DNA from: Chrysomallon squamiferum
Lineage: Eukaryota; Animalia; Mollusca
NCBI GenBank assembly: GCA_012295275.1
Contig: CM022666.1
Span: 1,612,001 to 1,676,000, forward strand
DNA: 64,000 nucleotides
Reading direction: 5' to 3'
The translations under genes and the position numbers were made by a program. Under the pieces are notes generated by a model. It did no database searches, was not told the DNA's origin, and worked only from the letters and a program-made list of their open reading frames with translations. Below, piece after piece: positions 56,834 through 64,000 of this stretch (positions within the stretch are counted from its first letter, which is position 1; each line of letters starts with the position of its first letter).

Positions 56834-57309
56834 TATTGCAGTATCAGCTGATATCTTAAAGTGGAAATGTTTTCGTGAACAAGCAAAGTGTTGTGAAAGC
56901 AAAATGTTTGTTACAGCAAGTGGAAGAGCTCTGCAAGGAATGAAGTCTCTCGGTGTCTGTGGTCTGTATTTATAGTCATTACACGAACATGTGGACAGCG
57001 TGACTGGAAAACGTGAGTTAGACTCGTTTGAAAGACTGAACCAGAGAGCTGGCCGGGTCACTTTGCAAGAAAACAAGAAAAAAGAATTCGTCTTCGTCTT
57101 CTTCTTGTTCTTGTTCTACTTCTTCTTCTTCTTCTTTTTCTTCTTCTTCTTCTTCTTATTATTATTCCTGTTGTTGCTGCTGCTGTTATTATTATTATTA
57201 CTGCTGCTACTACGACGACAACGACTGCTGGTGTTGCTGTTGCTGCTGCTACTAGTATTTGTAGTCTGTAATATCAATACTGTAGTAGGTGAGTAATATC
57301 AAGAAATAA

Positions 57310-57349
<40 letters not shown>

Positions 57350-58304
57350 TTTTTAAAAAGTCATGTTGGTCACTGACACCGTGCTTTGTGTTTAGGTATC
57401 CCTGGAGATGAACTTTAGTCATTTTCCAACTCCGGAATTCAGACCAATAGCCGAATAATTACATGTGTAATAATTCACATTTTAGATGTCTGTTTTTAGA
57501 CAACTTTACCTTTGTATTTTCATCTGCTTAATACAAATATTTCAAAAAGAAGCTGAGATAAGAAAATACATACACAAATATGTAAGATCGGAAAACTAGT
57601 TTGGGGAGAACTAGTTGGAATTGGAAACAGACTCATTGTCCTAAACGTATATCAGTTTCTGGAGTTTAACAGTTCAGAATAATAAAATTTTAAATGTCAG
57701 TCGCATATAAAGATTTTTCAAACATATTTGTATTAAGTAATTTATTAAGTATATAAAAATTATTAACTTATAAATTGTAATTACTATCTTCCAACAGAAT
57801 CGTATTTTTAGTCTATCAAACAATCAAACTCAAGTTTTCAGTTACTCTTTGTCAGTACAACACACAAGATAGAAAGAGAGAATGATGAAATGAGAGAGAA
57901 GGACAAACATAATTTTCTTAATTTGATAAATAATTCTAGTTAAATCATAACCATATATAAAACAAACAAGTATATGAGATTAATATTAATTTATTAATAC
58001 TAATTGGTTTAAAAGAGTACATTTACAACAGCATTTTGTTTTCTTCACGTTTATCAATGTCAGGTTTCAACGTTCCGTGTCCGTGTTAATATATAAATGG
58101 TTTTGATCTCAGTGTTGTTTTCTTTGGTCCATGAGCAAGACGGAATTCGGGTACCAAACTGGGGAAGATCTTCAGTGTGGATTTTAGTTTGTCCTGTGTC
58201 TGAAGTGTCCGAAATTAGTTCATGTATTTTTCTTATACAGTCGTTACCTCCAGAATTTTGTCCGATGTGGTAAAACTAAATTTACGTGAAATCATGCAAA
58301 ATCT

Positions 58305-58421
58305 ATGTCTTTAGTTGAACCGATAATGTTCTGTAGTTGAAGCGAGAATGCTCTGTAGTTGAACAGATAATGTTCTGTAATTGGACAGATAATGTTCTGT
58401 AGTTGGACAGATAAAGTTCTG
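58305..58421 (-). repeat. 22-bp VNTR, 5 units, copy Q
   Basis: Counted directly. Confidence 0.85.
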
Positions 58422-58463
58422 CATCATCTCTTTTGATCAGAGAGCCTGCTGAGAAGAAGAATT

Positions 58464-58652
58464 TTATTTTCTGTATGGGTCTTCGTCCTGAATCCGCGAT
58501 ACTGGGAACATTTCCCTGTCAGCGAAAGAGTGTTGCAAAAGATTGAATCCAATGCCGCTTTGAGGCATGTCCACGTCCATAGTGAAGACGACGTCGTTGT
58601 CTTGTGTGTTGTACAGACAAAGAGTCACTGCTGATGGAAGCACGATAGACAT
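58464..58652 (-). CDS. 62-aa family ORF, copy Q (most divergent; stop is TAA)
   Basis: Intact 189 bp; TGA has changed to TAA, which keeps the stop. Confidence 0.45.
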   Translation of the reverse strand: MSIVLPSAVTLCLYNTQDNDVVFTMDVDMPQSGIGFNLLQHSFADREMFPVSRIQDEDPYRK

Positions 58653-60119
58653 TATTACAGTATGAGCTGATATCTTCAAGTGGAAAGGTTTTCGTGAAAA
58701 AGCAAAGTGTTGTGAAAGCAAAATGTTTGTTACAGCAAGTGGAAGAGCTCTGCAAGGAATGAAGTCTCTCAGTGTCTGTGGTCTGTATTTATAGTCATTA
58801 CACGAACATGTGGACAGCGTGACTGGAAAACGTGAGTCAGACTCGTTTGAAAGACTGAACCAGAGAGCTGGCCGGGTCACGTTGCAAGAAAAGAAGAAAA
58901 AAGATTGCGTCTTCCCCGTCTTCTTGTTCTTGTTCTACTTCTTCTTCTTTTTCTTTTTCTTCTTCTTCTTCTTGTTATTGTTGTTGTTGTTGTTGTTGCT
59001 GCTGCTCTTATTATTATTATTACTGCTAGTACTACTGCGACTGCTGGTGTTGCAGCTGCTTCTGCTATTGCTACTATTTGTAGTCTTTAATATCAATACT
59101 GTAGAATGTGTGCAATATCAAGAAACCAAAACATTTTTAAAACATTAATAATAATAATAATAATATTCTTAAAAAGTCATGTTGGTCAGTCACACCGTGC
59201 TTTGTGTTTATGTATCCCTGGAGAAGAACTTTAGTCATTTTCCAACTGCGGAATCCAGACCATGGGACGAATAATTACATACGTAATAATTTACGTTTCA
59301 TATGTGTGTTTTTAGACAACTTTACCTTTGTATTTTCATCTGGTTAACACAAATATTTCAGAAAGAAACTGAGATAAGAAAATACATACACAAATATGAA
59401 ACATCGAAAAACTATTTGGGGAGTACTAGTTGGAATATGAAACAGACTCAGCGTCCTAAACGTATATTATTTTCTGGAGTTTAACATTTCAGAATAATAA
59501 AAGTTTAAATGTCAGTCGCATATAACCATTTTTCAAACATATTTGTATTAAGTAATTTATTAAGTATATAAAAATTATTAACTTATAAATTGTAATTACT
59601 ATGTTACAACATAATCGTATTTTTAGTCTATCAAACGATCAAACTGAAGTTTTCAGTTACTCTTTGTCAGTACAACACGCAAGATAGAAAGAGAGAATGA
59701 TGAAATGAGAGAGAAAGACAAACATAATTTTCTTAATTTGATAAATAATTCTAGTTAAATCATAACCATATATAAAACAAACAAGTATATGAGATTAATA
59801 TTAATTTATTAATACTAATTGGTTTAAAAGAGTACATTTACAACAGCATTTTGTTTTCTTCACGTTTATCAATGTCAGGTTTCAACGTTCCGTGTCCGTG
59901 TTAATATATAAATGGTTTTGATCTCAGTGTTGTTTTCTTTGGTCCATGAGCAAGACGGAATTCGGGTACCAAACTGGGGAAGATCTTCAGTGTGGATTTT
60001 AGTTTGTCCTGTGTCTGAAGTGTCCGAAATTAGTTCATGTATTTTTCTTATTCAATCGTTACCTCCAGAATTTTGTCCGATGTGGTAAAACTAAATTTAC
60101 GTGAAATCATGCAAAATCT

Positions 60120-60313
60120 ATGTCTTTAGTTGAACCGATAATGTTCTGTAGTTGAACCGATAATGTTCTGTAGTTGAACAGATAATGTTCTGTAGTTGAA
60201 CAGATAATGTTCTGATAATGTTCTGTAGTTGGACAGATAATGTTCTGTAGTTGGTCAGATAATGTTCTGTAGTTGGACAGATAATGTTCTGTAGTTGGAC
60301 AGATAATGTTCTG
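60120..60313 (-). repeat. 22-bp VNTR, 8 full units plus one half unit, copy R
   Basis: Counted directly. Confidence 0.85.
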
Positions 60314-60355
60314 CATCATCTCTTTTGATCAGAGAGCCTGCTGAGAAGAAGAATT

Positions 60356-60544
60356 TCATTTTCTGTATGAGTCTTCCTCCTGAATCCGCGATACTGGGAA
60401 TATTTCCCTGTCAGCGACAGAGTGTTCCAAAAGATACAATCCTCTGCCGCTTTGAGGCATATCCACGTCCATAGTGAAGACGTCGTCATTGTCTTGTGTG
60501 TTGTACAGACAAAGAGTCACTGCTGATGGAAGCACGATAGACAT
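60356..60544 (-). CDS. 62-aa family ORF, copy R (TATA box mutated to CATAAATA)
   Basis: Intact 189 bp; TATA variant at 60678-60685. Confidence 0.4.
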   Translation of the reverse strand: MSIVLPSAVTLCLYNTQDNDDVFTMDVDMPQSGRGLYLLEHSVADREIFPVSRIQEEDSYRK

Positions 60545-61129
60545 TATTACAGTATAAGCTGATATCTTCAAATGGAAAGGTTTTCGTTAACAAGCAAAGT
60601 GTTGTGAAAGCAAAATGTTTGTTACAGCAAGTGGAAGAGCTCTGCAAAGAATGAAGTCTCTCAGTGTCTGTGGTCTGTATTTATGGACACTTCACGGACA
60701 TCCGGTCAGCGTGATGGGAAAACGTGAGTCTGATTCGTTTGATTGAGTTAACCAGAGAGCTAGGCGCATCACGTTGTAAGAAAACAAAATAGAGTTCTCC
60801 TCATTCAAGATTTAATAAAAGAAAGAGGGGTACATGGAATGTTGCTATTATTCTTGTTGTAATAGTATTGCTAATAATACTCCTGCAGTTGTTACTACTA
60901 CAACTGTTTCTAATGTTAAAGGTTTATTATATCTCCACTACATACATCGATACATGCATACATTCATATGTAAACTGCATACATACATATATACATTTCA
61001 TGCATTAAGATACATACGAACAATGCATACAAACATACATACATACACATATATATACTAACGTAAATTCACATGCACTTATATACAAAATAAATACACA
61101 AACAATACATAGATATACATATACAAACG

Positions 61130-61403
61130 TACGTACATACATACATACATACATACATGCATACATACATACAGGCATACATGCATACATACATACATAC
61201 ATACATACATTCATGCATACATATATACATACATACATACATACATACATACATACATACATACATACATACATACATACATACATACATACATACATAC
61301 ATACATACATACATACATACATACATACATACATACATACATACATGCATACATACATACATACATACATACATACATACATACATACGTAGATACATAC
61401 ATA
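61130..61403. repeat. (CATA)n microsatellite; (TATG)n relatives at 6443-6565, 8091-8202, 14268-14420, 17681-17777 and 25251-25462
   Basis: Direct reading. Confidence 0.95.
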
Positions 61404-61689
61404 CAACGTATCCATAGATACACAATAGACGATACCAATATGTTTTATCTCAGATGAATATTATGGTGACCAATGGTGATAATTGAGTTAACAGGAATCT
61501 ATGCTGCGAGTCTCATTAACGTGTTAAAAATTAATTAAAAAAAAAAATTCTCATTTGCTTCTGCGACTTATTTTTTGAACAGCTGCCATGTGTGAACAAG
61601 ATCAACAAAAAAAAAAAGATAAAAAAAAGTCACGACAAAAAGAACCCCGGTAACTATGAAATTCACATTTTTTAAAAGAGGAAGATAGA

Positions 61690-64000
<2,311 letters not shown>

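Larger units (their letters stand above)
52200..60780 (-). repeat. Regular head-to-tail array of five ~1.83-1.89 kb units (N-R)
   Basis: Stop-to-stop spacings are 1831, 1840, 1819 and 1892 bp. Confidence 0.9.

Noticed and set aside
52200-60780. Unit as a histone, snRNA, 5S, spliced-leader or tRNA tandem array, or an autonomous transposon
   Set aside because: No recognisable match to those genes, no Pol III boxes, and no transposase, RT or helicase ORF.

Overview
AT-rich eukaryotic DNA dense in microsatellites ((AG)n, (TATG)n, (AAT)n, compound AAG/AAC/AAT/AGT ladders). It looks like an invertebrate animal genome, but the taxon cannot be fixed from sequence. There are no recognisable conserved genes, rRNA, tRNA, CRISPR or transposase/RT ORFs, and most entries in the ORF track are microsatellite artefacts or use non-ATG starts. 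Nearly the whole window is a rearranged tandem cluster of one ~1.8-kb unit. In sense order the unit is: trinucleotide ladder, two ACGTG motifs, TATAAATA plus Inr-like TCATTC, an ATG-free ~108-nt leader, an intronless 62-codon ORF (MSIVFPSAVTLCLYNTQDNDDVFTMDVDMPQSGRGLYLLEHSVADREIFPVSGIQEEDSHRK), a 22-bp VNTR of about 1.5-12 copies, AATAAA, a 31-bp antisense copy of ORF codons 8-18, and a second AATAAA. I count 15 intact ORFs, all with different protein sequences, plus 3 broken ORFs, 4 ORF-less deletion units and several promoter fragments. Orientation is minus over 1-14027, plus over ~14028-38125 and minus over ~38130-64000. Coding status is unproven: by hand tally, substitutions are spread about evenly over the three codon positions, so the product could be RNA or the copies could be drifting neutrally.
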